This document shows, piece by piece, positions 21,912-31,175 of a DNA stretch of 64,000 nucleotides. Position numbers and translations under genes: made by a program. The notes under the pieces were generated by a model. It was not told where the DNA came from. It searched no databases and saw only the letters and a program-made list of their open reading frames with translations. The DNA comes from Rhizophagus irregularis (taxonomy: Eukaryota): positions 2,356,001 through 2,420,000 of the forward strand of contig NC_089432.1 of the NCBI RefSeq assembly GCF_026210795.1, given 5' to 3'. Within the stretch, counting starts at the first letter, position 1, and every line of letters starts with the position of its first letter.

Positions 21912-24032
21912 TTATTGCGAAGGAGCTGAAGCTCGATCGGAGGGAGAACCACCAAGAGAAGCAATGAAACCTTGAATGGAACCAGTGAGCGATTGTAAAG
22001 TATCTTTAATCGCTTTTTGATCTTGAATAACTGAGTTCAATTCGTCTTGCGGGGAAGGGTTAGAAGTAGAAGCGGGAGCAGAGTGCAGAGCCTTGTTGGA
22101 AATAGATATAGGGGAAGGGGATTTCATAGAACCAGAAGATGATGAGGGAGCATTGGGATGTTGGATTAAAATGCCAGTGATTTCGGGAGGATCTTCTTCC
22201 ATTCGATCAGGTTCAGAATTAATGATAGGTACAGAGGGAGGACTAATGCCTAAATGAGCTTCTATAGCAGAAAGCCGTTGGTTGTTTAGTTCAAGGGAGG
22301 AAATGCGGGATTCCACACGAGCAACATCTTGTTGAAGGTTCTTTAGAACATTAAGAATGTTAAGAGCGGCCTCAAGGGCACTAGAAGAATTCGAATCAGA
22401 GAGCGGAGCACGAGCATTGGACGAAAAAGAAACAGATCTATCTTTGCCTTTTCGGGTAATCGAAGGTGCGCGTCCATGGGCAGGTGAACCAGAAGAGGGG
22501 GGTTTGTTATTATTATTGTTATTACCATTAGTATTAGAACTATTGGAATTGGAATTAGAACGGTGAGCAGAAGCAGAACGATCCCGAGATTTAGATCGAG
22601 AACGAGAACGTGAATTATTGCGCGGCGTTCTTTGTTGGACGGGCTTTTGGCCAATATTGAAACGTTCTTTAAGAGCAGCCACAGGGTCACGTGTACGTGA
22701 GCGACCACGGCGTTGATTAAGCGGGCAAGAGGTAGGAGCACAACCAAGTTTACCACAACGATGGCAAAGAGCTTTCGAATCATTGGATGAACCCCACCGA
22801 AGAGTACGACCTTGAAAACCAATAGTTTGCTCCATAGCGGCATCCATTGTTTCCTGCGAGTTGAAGGTGACATAAGCCCAAGGTTTAGGTTTATAAGAAT
22901 TCAGGGAAAGGGGAATGTTAATTGCTTTTGCTCCATGTTCTTTAACCAGAGGAGCGAGATGAATATCTTTAGTATTAGCGGGAAGTCCAGAGAGAACAGC
23001 CACGAACGCTCTACGAGCGGCTTTTTGATCTAAGGAGTAGTGGCACGGGGTAACACGCAAGCAGGTAGAAAAGCAGTAAACTGCCCATTGAGTAGTGAAA
23101 CGGGAAATGGCATCGGCATGATCATAGACAATGCGGGCTTGTTGCATCTTAGCACCTTTCCTCGAGTAAAGATGGATGGTAAGGAGGTTGCCAAACTTCT
23201 TGAAATAGGATTGGAGTTGCGGTTTAGTAATGAAGAACGGGATATCTGTTACTTGAATTGCACGGAGGTCTTCATCGGATCGGAGCTGTTTGGGATCGTA
23301 CAGGTGGAATTGAAGGTCCGGAAAGTCGGAATGTGTGCTACCAACACACAAGTCACGAGCTTCCGCAGTATGAAAATGTATGATAAGACGTTTAGCGTCC
23401 CCTGAGCCAGTCATACGTGCACGACCGGTATATGATTCATACGTTTCTAAAAATAAGTTGTTAACGGCTTCTATAATTGCCTTATTGGTTTTAAGTTTCT
23501 CAAGAGTTTGGGGAGCGGAGTTGGGCGCAGCCGCAGCCAGGAAATCTTGACGATTAATGGTAATGGTAGGGGAGGGATCAACAGCCTGATCGGGCGATGT
23601 ACCATCATTAACGTCCATATTAGGGGACGCGTTAGGGGATGGGTTATTTTCTTTGTTTCGAGGTGCATGAATAGACGCGTTAGCTCCAGAAGACGCGTCT
23701 TGGCCAGGCGCAATAGGCGCAGCAGAATTTTTCGGGGTAGAAGCTTGAGTATTTTCTTGGGCAGTGCTGCGGGAATTATTTTGTTGAGGAATAGCGGTCG
23801 AAGTTGAACCAACTAAACCACCGTCAGCCGGCGCGTCGGCAACGAAATCTTCATAGTCTTCATCCATAGAGTCTTTTGTAAGTATACGGGAACGTTTTTG
23901 GGAATTATTATCACTATCGGAACCAGAGTTATCAGAGAGTTGTTTTTTATTATTTTTCTTTTCTTGACGAGCAGCCTTATTACTGTTAGGGTTATAGCTG
24001 CCGCCACCTCTTCTAGCAAGGTTTCTAGACAT
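21912..24032 (-). CDS. LINE ORF1 (RRM-like domains, Zn knuckle, coiled coil)
   Basis: IQVTDIPF...FKKFG, WAYVTF, CHRCGKLGCAPTSC, SR-rich tract. Confidence 0.9.
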   Translation of the reverse strand: MSRNLARRGGGSYNPNSNKAARQEKKNNKKQLSDNSGSDSDNNSQKRSRILTKDSMDEDYEDFVADAPADGGLVGSTSTAIPQQNNSRSTAQENTQASTPKNSAAPIAPGQDASSGANASIHAPRNKENNPSPNASPNMDVNDGTSPDQAVDPSPTITINRQDFLAAAAPNSAPQTLEKLKTNKAIIEAVNNLFLETYESYTGRARMTGSGDAKRLIIHFHTAEARDLCVGSTHSDFPDLQFHLYDPKQLRSDEDLRAIQVTDIPFFITKPQLQSYFKKFGNLLTIHLYSRKGAKMQQARIVYDHADAISRFTTQWAVYCFSTCLRVTPCHYSLDQKAARRAFVAVLSGLPANTKDIHLAPLVKEHGAKAINIPLSLNSYKPKPWAYVTFNSQETMDAAMEQTIGFQGRTLRWGSSNDSKALCHRCGKLGCAPTSCPLNQRRGRSRTRDPVAALKERFNIGQKPVQQRTPRNNSRSRSRSKSRDRSASAHRSNSNSNSSNTNGNNNNNNKPPSSGSPAHGRAPSITRKGKDRSVSFSSNARAPLSDSNSSSALEAALNILNVLKNLQQDVARVESRISSLELNNQRLSAIEAHLGISPPSVPIINSEPDRMEEDPPEITGILIQHPNAPSSSSGSMKSPSPISISNKALHSAPASTSNPSPQDELNSVIQDQKAIKDTLQSLTGSIQGFIASLGGSPSDRASAPSQ

Positions 24033-24615
24033 GTTAGAAGGTATGAGTTGGGTAAAATATAAGAGTTGTTAGTACGAAGATATAAAATTTTCTTTCCGAA
24101 AATTTTTGGTTAATAGATCAGCGGTAAGAGATCTTATCAGTTCTTTCAGTCCTTGTCAAAAAAATGCGAGGATGCCTGATGATGAGGTTACATGGTCATC
24201 AGTCCTTGTCGCAAAACACGAGGATACCTGATGAATAAGTTATTGGATTATTGGCCTAAAAAGCATTCATGGAAAAACTATGGATTATATTACAGAAAAT
24301 GTGAACGGAGTTCATGTCACGTGATACCCTGAACAAATGTGTAGAGTGTCACGTGATTTCATGCGGTACGTAGATCATTTCCTTTTTGGGCGATACCCGT
24401 TCCACAAAAAATCGATTTTGGTAAAAATGCGTTTGGAACCTTGTGTAACATAAATTTCCTTTTTCGGTAATTCGGGATTACGCGGTAATGCCGGCCGGAT
24501 CTAAAAAATATGACTCTGCAGGGTAATTCCTACGAAAGTCAAGTACAAAATGCTTACTCCTGTTGAGTCCATTCATACCACTCCCAGTCCCCAAGGATCG
24601 CCTCCCCATCTTTGT

Positions 24616-24978
24616 TCACTTAATGCATACTCTATGGTTTCCCTCTCTTGGGGGTCCCACGACCATCCCATTCCTAAGCATTTTCTCCATAATATAAAGC
24701 TGATCCTCGGTGAGGCGGTTTATCCATCTTTTATAGAGGTCGTTTACATCTTCAAACGTTATCCAGTCAATTTCCCTCTTTATATAATGCTTTCCGAGAG
24801 CTCGGATTTCACAGTACACATCCCCGATCGTAGTGGCATAATTTTTCCACCTCTTATATGCCTCTCGACGAACTTCCTGCCACCACACTCTATCTACCTT
24901 ACTCGCTGCAATAAGGTCAGTATCCGGGATCTTTGCGACAATGCGTTCGACTATTTCTACTGGTAATCGGTCCAACAT
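24616..24978 (-). CDS. F-box-like protein
   Basis: MLDRLPVEIVERIVAKIPDTDLIAASKVDRVW; possible 1-nt frameshift near 24655 that would extend the ORF to 24573. Confidence 0.8.
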   Translation of the reverse strand: MLDRLPVEIVERIVAKIPDTDLIAASKVDRVWWQEVRREAYKRWKNYATTIGDVYCEIRALGKHYIKREIDWITFEDVNDLYKRWINRLTEDQLYIMEKMLRNGMVVGPPREGNHRVCIK

Positions 24979-25087
24979 GATGTTATGTTACTTATACTAT
25001 AGCTATCTTCAATTACTGTATGCCTATTACACATGGATAAAAAATATAGACTAAATTCGTACGGGATCGTAGGACCACAGGAGCCGC

Positions 25088-25558
25088 TTATGCAAGAAGT
25101 TCTGTTAAGGTTTTCTCAGCCTCGTTTTTAGTAATAGCTCGCTTTGGGGGACCGGTTGATGAGTCCTTAGTCGCATTATAATACAATTCGAAGAGGGCCT
25201 CAAGCTTATCTAGGAGAGCTTGTTTATTCTTGTATGATTCGCGGATTTTTGCTATTTTAGCAGTATATGCCGCATTATCTGGGAAGAGTTTTCTGGCCAC
25301 GAACTTCACATATGATACAGGAGAATTTGCCGTTTGGATTCGCTTGATATACTTCACGTGGTCCTGGACGAGGTAACTGGTTTTGCTAAACCCAGATACT
25401 AATGCGACTACTATAGTATCTTTTAATGCGCGGATAATCTTGGGGACAGTTTCGTCAGAGACAACATTAGGCTGAATGCGCGATGCCTCGTAAATAACCT
25501 CCTCACTAGTGCTGTCAGTGCTGTTAACAATGCTTGCGAATTCGGTATATGTTGACAT
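25088..25558 (-). CDS. Hypothetical protein (Maverick-like element)
   Basis: 156-aa ORF in the co-oriented gene array, with the shared upstream motif. Confidence 0.7.
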   Translation of the reverse strand: MSTYTEFASIVNSTDSTSEEVIYEASRIQPNVVSDETVPKIIRALKDTIVVALVSGFSKTSYLVQDHVKYIKRIQTANSPVSYVKFVARKLFPDNAAYTAKIAKIRESYKNKQALLDKLEALFELYYNATKDSSTGPPKRAITKNEAEKTLTELLA

Positions 25559-25640
25559 GATTCTTTGTACTTTGTAAAAAATATAAATCTTCAGTTACCT
25601 GTTCATTCGAATGAGAAAAAATAAATATGAACCTCAGGGT

Positions 25641-26165
25641 TTACACTTGGGATACTGCAAGACAGTAGAAGCGTCGCTCGGCCTTTTGCATCAATGGAGA
25701 GCCTGGTCTATATAACCAGGGGATAGCGACTTTCTGGATTATCCTAGCCGCTTTATTGTTCCTTCTTTCTATATATCTCCTAAAGGCATTCTGGATCATT
25801 TCAGCATGATGAGTATAATAGTCGAAATTAAATTGCTTTGGACAACTATATAAATGTAGTCGCACCGCTTGATCCATGAAAGCGTCAGCTCCCCATCCGC
25901 GATCAATAAAAGATTTACAGTAGGTACAGTACCACCTATTTGGTAGTCGTGATACTATTCTCCTAATGTGCACAATATAAGCATATACAGCTTGACGAGA
26001 CCTTGGATAAGGTAGCCGCCTATGAAAACCTATTCTACTACAAGTCTCATAATATTGCACAGCATTCTGAATGCGCTTAGCCCACGCGTGGAAACTTTCG
26101 TCGTCTTGTCTACCTAATCCGTCAGTGTTTTGCATTTGGGTATCTCGTAAGATTACATATCCCAT
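25641..26165 (-). CDS. Protein with C2H2-like finger and two IQ-like motifs
   Basis: WYCTYC...HLYSC; AEMIQNAFRRYIERR and AARIIQKVAIPWLYRP; start uncertain. Confidence 0.65.
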   Translation of the reverse strand: MGYVILRDTQMQNTDGLGRQDDESFHAWAKRIQNAVQYYETCSRIGFHRRLPYPRSRQAVYAYIVHIRRIVSRLPNRWYCTYCKSFIDRGWGADAFMDQAVRLHLYSCPKQFNFDYYTHHAEMIQNAFRRYIERRNNKAARIIQKVAIPWLYRPGSPLMQKAERRFYCLAVSQV

Positions 26166-26228
26166 AGGTTTATTCAATTATGCCATCACGATATGTCAGT
26201 AAAAAATATACATACCGGTCCCTAGCAA

Positions 26229-28082
26229 TCATGTCCAGATAACCTTGTTCGCATTTTTCACATGGCAGTATCCCGCGGTTTCAAACTTGAAAGTCTTTAG
26301 AGTCGTATCTGCATTCTCTGAACAAGTGAAAAGCGCGGGGCTATCTGGCTGTTCTTCTAAAATAAATCCGTCTGTATGGATACGTCGTACTTTATCCTTG
26401 TATGGTTGAATTGCCTCAGATGTGATTTTGCGACCACGTGCTAATAAGAATGGGGCGATCCTGGGATACTCACCTTTGAAGGGATTACCCGGGTTTGTAA
26501 ACTGGAATCGCCACTGGTCAGATCCTACTGGTATGATAGAGTCAAGTGTATGGCCCTCTGGAAATGTAAATGGGTCTGTTTGATCTGCGGTGAGTGTCTT
26601 GTAATTACGCTTCCTCTGGCATAATGCTCCCCATAATGTGTTGAGGACTCGCTTTGCCACGTGGCCAGCTACGCCACCCTGGTTTTTAATTTTGAAGAGG
26701 AAGTGTACATACTCACCGAATATTACAGTTCCAGGGATTCTCGCTTCTCTATCATATATCAATGCATTTGGCTTCCCATCCTGTATTAACTGTATATTGA
26801 GACCAAGTTTTTTTGCTCGTTGTAAGTCGATGAATGTATAGATTCCCCTTTTATTCTGTCGGAAGAGAATATTATTCCCACTTATTTTGGCACGGAATAA
26901 TCCATACAAGGCATAACCCCTGTGGTCGACAAAGTCATTAAGTGTCTGGAATTTACCCCGTCTGATTGGAAAGTTCACGTTTGATTGTTGGATACTCGGG
27001 TATAAACTTGTTGCGTCATACTGTCTTCCATAGCCCTTCCACTCGTTATCTGCCCAGATTAATCCTCCCATCATTGCATCACTTAACCACTCCGCTTCTA
27101 TCGGGTCAAGAGGATCATTGGCTGGAATTCCTACACTTAATCGTTCGAATAACCAGAGAGCCGTTCTTTTGTAAGACCAGTTATGGTATGATAAGTCGAT
27201 TCCTAAACCGAACTTCTTTGTCTCCTGTAGAAAGGAATTCCGCTCCTCGTGGATTCTCTGATATGCTTCTTCAAGAGTTTCATATACTCCAGTCTTACGG
27301 TTTTTCTCGACGGGGATGAAAGAACTTTTGGAATTCTTAGTTTTTTGAAACTGCGCAATTGTGCAAGACTTAACTGTTTTGCCGTTGTATATTGTGACTA
27401 CATTATTGGTCCCATCTTCATGGTATACAATGGGTAAATTACGCTTTTTATCTATTTTACTGGGGTGGAGTCTTCCAGGATTTAACGTGAGGGAGTAATG
27501 GCCTTCTGATAGGATGAGAGTCGCACGTCTATCGGACTTACTCTTAGAGATTCGGGTAATGTCCCCCACAATATTAATTGCGAGACTTCCTGCGAGTTGT
27601 TCAACCTTGTCCATGCATGAAACTGGGATGGGAGCATCGCGATTGAGACCTAATGCCTTTTTGATATACTCGGGCTTTTCGATTGACTTTGGCATTTTAG
27701 AGAATGTGCCGTAAATATTTTTTAGGCATTCATACAGGCAATCATTTAGCTCCCCATTGCATCCTCCTGCGGCCGGTGGACTATCTCTTGCATAAATTAT
27801 GAATCGTTCAAAATAATCAGGGTCTGCGTCATCCGGTAGTTGTGCTTCATCATAATGGTCTAATAGTGAAAAGAGGCTGGCTGGTTGGTTTCCTGATGTC
27901 CATCCACCGGGTTTCCAGTTTTCATAGGGAAGTAGGATCTGGAACTTTCTATCTGGAAATCGCGTCTGGAGAGTCTGACCGAGTCTGGCGATAGCTCCTC
28001 TGGAAAAGCGAGCACCGGAATACTGAAGTTCCTTGATGTCAGGTCGTGTTGGTAAAGTGCGGGCAATTCTTGAGTATTGCAT
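26229..28082 (-). CDS. Compact protein-primed-type family B DNA polymerase
   Basis: MMGG, YDATSLYPS (motif A), KRVLNTLWGAL (motif B), IHTDGF (motif C); N-terminal NDCLYECL...EGHY. Confidence 0.88.
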   Translation of the reverse strand: MQYSRIARTLPTRPDIKELQYSGARFSRGAIARLGQTLQTRFPDRKFQILLPYENWKPGGWTSGNQPASLFSLLDHYDEAQLPDDADPDYFERFIIYARDSPPAAGGCNGELNDCLYECLKNIYGTFSKMPKSIEKPEYIKKALGLNRDAPIPVSCMDKVEQLAGSLAINIVGDITRISKSKSDRRATLILSEGHYSLTLNPGRLHPSKIDKKRNLPIVYHEDGTNNVVTIYNGKTVKSCTIAQFQKTKNSKSSFIPVEKNRKTGVYETLEEAYQRIHEERNSFLQETKKFGLGIDLSYHNWSYKRTALWLFERLSVGIPANDPLDPIEAEWLSDAMMGGLIWADNEWKGYGRQYDATSLYPSIQQSNVNFPIRRGKFQTLNDFVDHRGYALYGLFRAKISGNNILFRQNKRGIYTFIDLQRAKKLGLNIQLIQDGKPNALIYDREARIPGTVIFGEYVHFLFKIKNQGGVAGHVAKRVLNTLWGALCQRKRNYKTLTADQTDPFTFPEGHTLDSIIPVGSDQWRFQFTNPGNPFKGEYPRIAPFLLARGRKITSEAIQPYKDKVRRIHTDGFILEEQPDSPALFTCSENADTTLKTFKFETAGYCHVKNANKVIWT

Positions 28083-28168
28083 TTTTATGTATATGATTTG
28101 TCTTCAACTATAAATAATATCTTTCTATATATATACGAAAAAAAAAAAGAAATAATCTCAAATAGCGC

Positions 28169-30694
28169 TTACAATATGTCGTTGATAGCGCCCTCAGTAT
28201 CCTCTTCGTCCCAGTCATCGATGATTCCATTGGCGGCCTCCCATTCACGTTCCATATCAGTTTTTGGACGTTCCTCGGGGATCTCTCGCGCTTTACCCTT
28301 ATCTGCCCTCATAGTTTCATAACCAGAGGGGGTGGGAATAATCTCGGCATTACGATTCTCCTTGTATATTCTTATTAAATCTGCGAGTTCTTTACGGCTA
28401 GGTATTTTAGGTAAGTATCCATTATATTCAATCCAGTCCTTGAAGCGGTCTACTACCTCCATAAGGTAGTACTGGTACTCGTCCTCAATACGCGTTGTGG
28501 GACATTCCTCTATTTCAAACGCGAGTATTTCCCAGTCATATTCGTCTGACGCGTCTTGGTACTTGGCCCATAATTCCTTACCTGTATTGTAGAGATCATT
28601 GAAGACCTGGTCCTTTAAATTTTTAACCCATGGTTTGCGATCCCATCGGTGTCTTTCTTGCCAAGCCCAGTGCGCTCGAGTGCCTTCCTTTGGTTCAGGA
28701 TCCCGGTCAACTTCTGGTTCTGTGTCGGGTTCTGGGATAAATTGCTCTTCAGAAGCCGGTTCTGGGTCAGGCTTAGTGACAGATGCAGAAGATTCTGCGG
28801 GATACTCGGGTTGTTGTTCAGCAGCTGAGTTCACAGTTGTAAAATCTGAGTCTGATAATAAGTCGTCTAAGACGTCGTAGTTATCTGGCTCGGGGGCAGA
28901 CGGTTTTTCAGGAACTGGGTTTGCAGTTGTAGAATCCGAGTCTGATAACAAGTCATCTAAGACGTCGTAGTCATCTAGCTTGGGGGCAGACGGTTTTTCT
29001 TCCCTTAACTCTTGTAAACGTTCTTTTAAGTGGTCAGGCTTGGGTGGAAGCGGTGGAGGAGTTTTGCGAATTACAGGTGCGGGTTTTTCTTCAACGGGTT
29101 CGGGTTTTTCCTCTGTGGGTTCGGGTTTTTTCTCAGCGGATTTTTCCTCAGCGGGTTCGGATTTTTCTTGTACGTCTTGTGAATTGTTAGCTGGATTATA
29201 TATATTTGCCAAGAACTTATCCAAGGCATTGGGGTCTGATGCGGGTTTCTTAGAAGTCTCTATATCAATTCCTTCTATATCTATCTCGTCTGTTTCGTGG
29301 ATCCAGTTTTTGCCGAGGTATTTATTGTAAAGATCCTCCCTGGATATGCTATATACTCGGGTTAACTTTTTATTTATATAAGTCCGATTACTATTTATAC
29401 TCAACTCATTTGATAGGATTCTAGAAGCGTTTATCTTTGATAAGGGTGTAATGCCACGAGTTTCGCAATATGAAGTATATACCCTATAAAATTCTTGAAC
29501 AGGTAGGTCGGTCATATAATTTTTCACTATGAGGTATGTGTCCTTTATAAATTGGAATAGCGGTGGAAGAGTTGAGATGATATGTTCCTGTTTGGATGTT
29601 GTCATGGGTGGCGGATTTCCATTGAAGTCTGAGTAAGTATTCGCAATGGCTCTCAAATAAGCATAGAATGCCTCACTGGCGCCTGGGTATTTCATAGCGT
29701 CACCGAGTTTTTTGAAGTAGTTGAGGTCTCCCTTGCGGGATGGTGACACATCCAAGAACACTGTGCGCCTATCATCATTATCCACTCTGAGAGCATTTTC
29801 GTTGGTTAGGACGATAGTAGACATAAAGTTTTTATAATGTGTTGGTGTCTTGTATTTTTCATGGATTTCCATTATGTCACTCGTTACCTTATCCTTTAAA
29901 GAGCGATACAGATTATTCCACTGGCTTTTTTCCGTGGGCATTTCCTCGAGAAGAAGAAGAATCTTACCCTGTAATTGCCCATTGAAACTTCCACGAATCG
30001 TCTGAGGATCGCTGGTCTTATAAACGAGTTGAGTGCCTAGGACGCTGCGCTGAATGAAATCTGTTATAATGCCTTTGCCCCAACCCTGTCCAGATTTCAG
30101 GTAAAGGATCGAGTACATCTTCCTTCCAGCAGATACACCGGCCAACCACTTGATGATATACTCAGTGAGATTCCAATCACCCGAACACCAGATATCCTGA
30201 ATGTGAGAGAAGATAAATTTAACCGCGAGGTGAATTGTAGACTCAAAGGTGGATATCGGACGCAAGACGTGGAGGAATCCCGGGAAGATATTTAGATAGA
30301 GTTGGCCGGTTAAGGATCTGAAGATTCGCTGTTTATGGGGATCACAGGTTGCATTACATACATCGGTATTCTCGACCATAAACCATTTGTAGATGTTGAA
30401 CTCGGTCTTTTGAGAGGGTCCTTGTTCAGGTTGTGTGTAGAATACCTTCATAATTGGACGGATAAGTTTACCAATATTTTTGTCAATAACGTGTTTCAAA
30501 CTTTTACTATCCGGGTCCCACCAGAAAACCCCATGAGGATCTGCACAGGGAATGAAATAACTGCAAAGATACCTCTTGGCTTGATCGAGGTCACTCATAC
30601 TCTTTGCAGCGACAATAAGCCGTTTAAGCTCATTGATACTAAAGGCTTTCGTTTGTTCACCGAATTTGGGGATAACTTGAGCTTGAGTGGTCAT
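28169..30694 (-). CDS. SF3 (D5-like) helicase with winged-helix and acidic/Pro-rich C-terminal region
   Basis: LKSGQGWGKG (Walker A), LLLLEEM (Walker B), IVLTN (motif C), DDRR; internal duplication EKPSAPxxDxYDVLDDLLSDSD. Confidence 0.9.
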   Translation of the reverse strand: MTTQAQVIPKFGEQTKAFSINELKRLIVAAKSMSDLDQAKRYLCSYFIPCADPHGVFWWDPDSKSLKHVIDKNIGKLIRPIMKVFYTQPEQGPSQKTEFNIYKWFMVENTDVCNATCDPHKQRIFRSLTGQLYLNIFPGFLHVLRPISTFESTIHLAVKFIFSHIQDIWCSGDWNLTEYIIKWLAGVSAGRKMYSILYLKSGQGWGKGIITDFIQRSVLGTQLVYKTSDPQTIRGSFNGQLQGKILLLLEEMPTEKSQWNNLYRSLKDKVTSDIMEIHEKYKTPTHYKNFMSTIVLTNENALRVDNDDRRTVFLDVSPSRKGDLNYFKKLGDAMKYPGASEAFYAYLRAIANTYSDFNGNPPPMTTSKQEHIISTLPPLFQFIKDTYLIVKNYMTDLPVQEFYRVYTSYCETRGITPLSKINASRILSNELSINSNRTYINKKLTRVYSISREDLYNKYLGKNWIHETDEIDIEGIDIETSKKPASDPNALDKFLANIYNPANNSQDVQEKSEPAEEKSAEKKPEPTEEKPEPVEEKPAPVIRKTPPPLPPKPDHLKERLQELREEKPSAPKLDDYDVLDDLLSDSDSTTANPVPEKPSAPEPDNYDVLDDLLSDSDFTTVNSAAEQQPEYPAESSASVTKPDPEPASEEQFIPEPDTEPEVDRDPEPKEGTRAHWAWQERHRWDRKPWVKNLKDQVFNDLYNTGKELWAKYQDASDEYDWEILAFEIEECPTTRIEDEYQYYLMEVVDRFKDWIEYNGYLPKIPSRKELADLIRIYKENRNAEIIPTPSGYETMRADKGKAREIPEERPKTDMEREWEAANGIIDDWDEEDTEGAINDIL

Positions 30695-30723
30695 TTTTTC
30701 GTTCTATTAAATCGAGTACTAAT

Positions 30724-31175
30724 TTATAGTTACCTAATCTTCAATTGCCGAATATATTTTTTCCAAAGATCCGCGCTTCTACCCGGTTATCTCTCTGTGG
30801 CTTTACAGACCTTCTAGGGGCTATTAACCTACCTGTTTACTCGGTTTGCTATCTCACTGCTTCCGACAGATGAATAGACTGAATCCTGATCATATGACAG
30901 ATCTATGACAGAATGACAGATCTGGGGGGGTAAAATCAAAACTTTTTTCTGGGAGTATCCTCTCCCGATTTTTCTGAAACATCTGTCATATCCGTCATAT
31001 CTGTCATACCCCTCTGATTCTTTCGTATTTTCCTCTCTTTTCCCTTATTTCATTCTTTTTTAGTATATTATTATATGACAGATGTTAATGACAGATGGTG
31101 ACAGATATAGGGGATTCCCTACCCCACGGAGGGGGGATGTAGGTACTGCGAGGCCGCGGCCGAGGTGGGTTGAGC
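30724..31175 (-). repeat. Right terminal inverted repeat of the Maverick-like element (tip probably extends to ~31190)
   Basis: Reverse complement of 7965-8416, followed by gtagcgagacacact(ac). Confidence 0.96.

Larger units (their letters stand above)
15973..24145 (-). mobile_element. Full-length non-LTR retrotransposon (LINE with RNase H) inserted in the Maverick-like element
   Basis: Perfect 14-bp TSD TCAGTCCTTGTCAA (15959-15972, 24146-24159); ORF1 and ORF2 both present. Confidence 0.93.

Noticed and set aside
24146..24240. Hammerhead ribozyme or C/D snoRNA suggested by CTGATGA on both strands
   Set aside because: No stem II followed by GAAA in either orientation; the CTGATGA copies are simply the arms of the hairpins.
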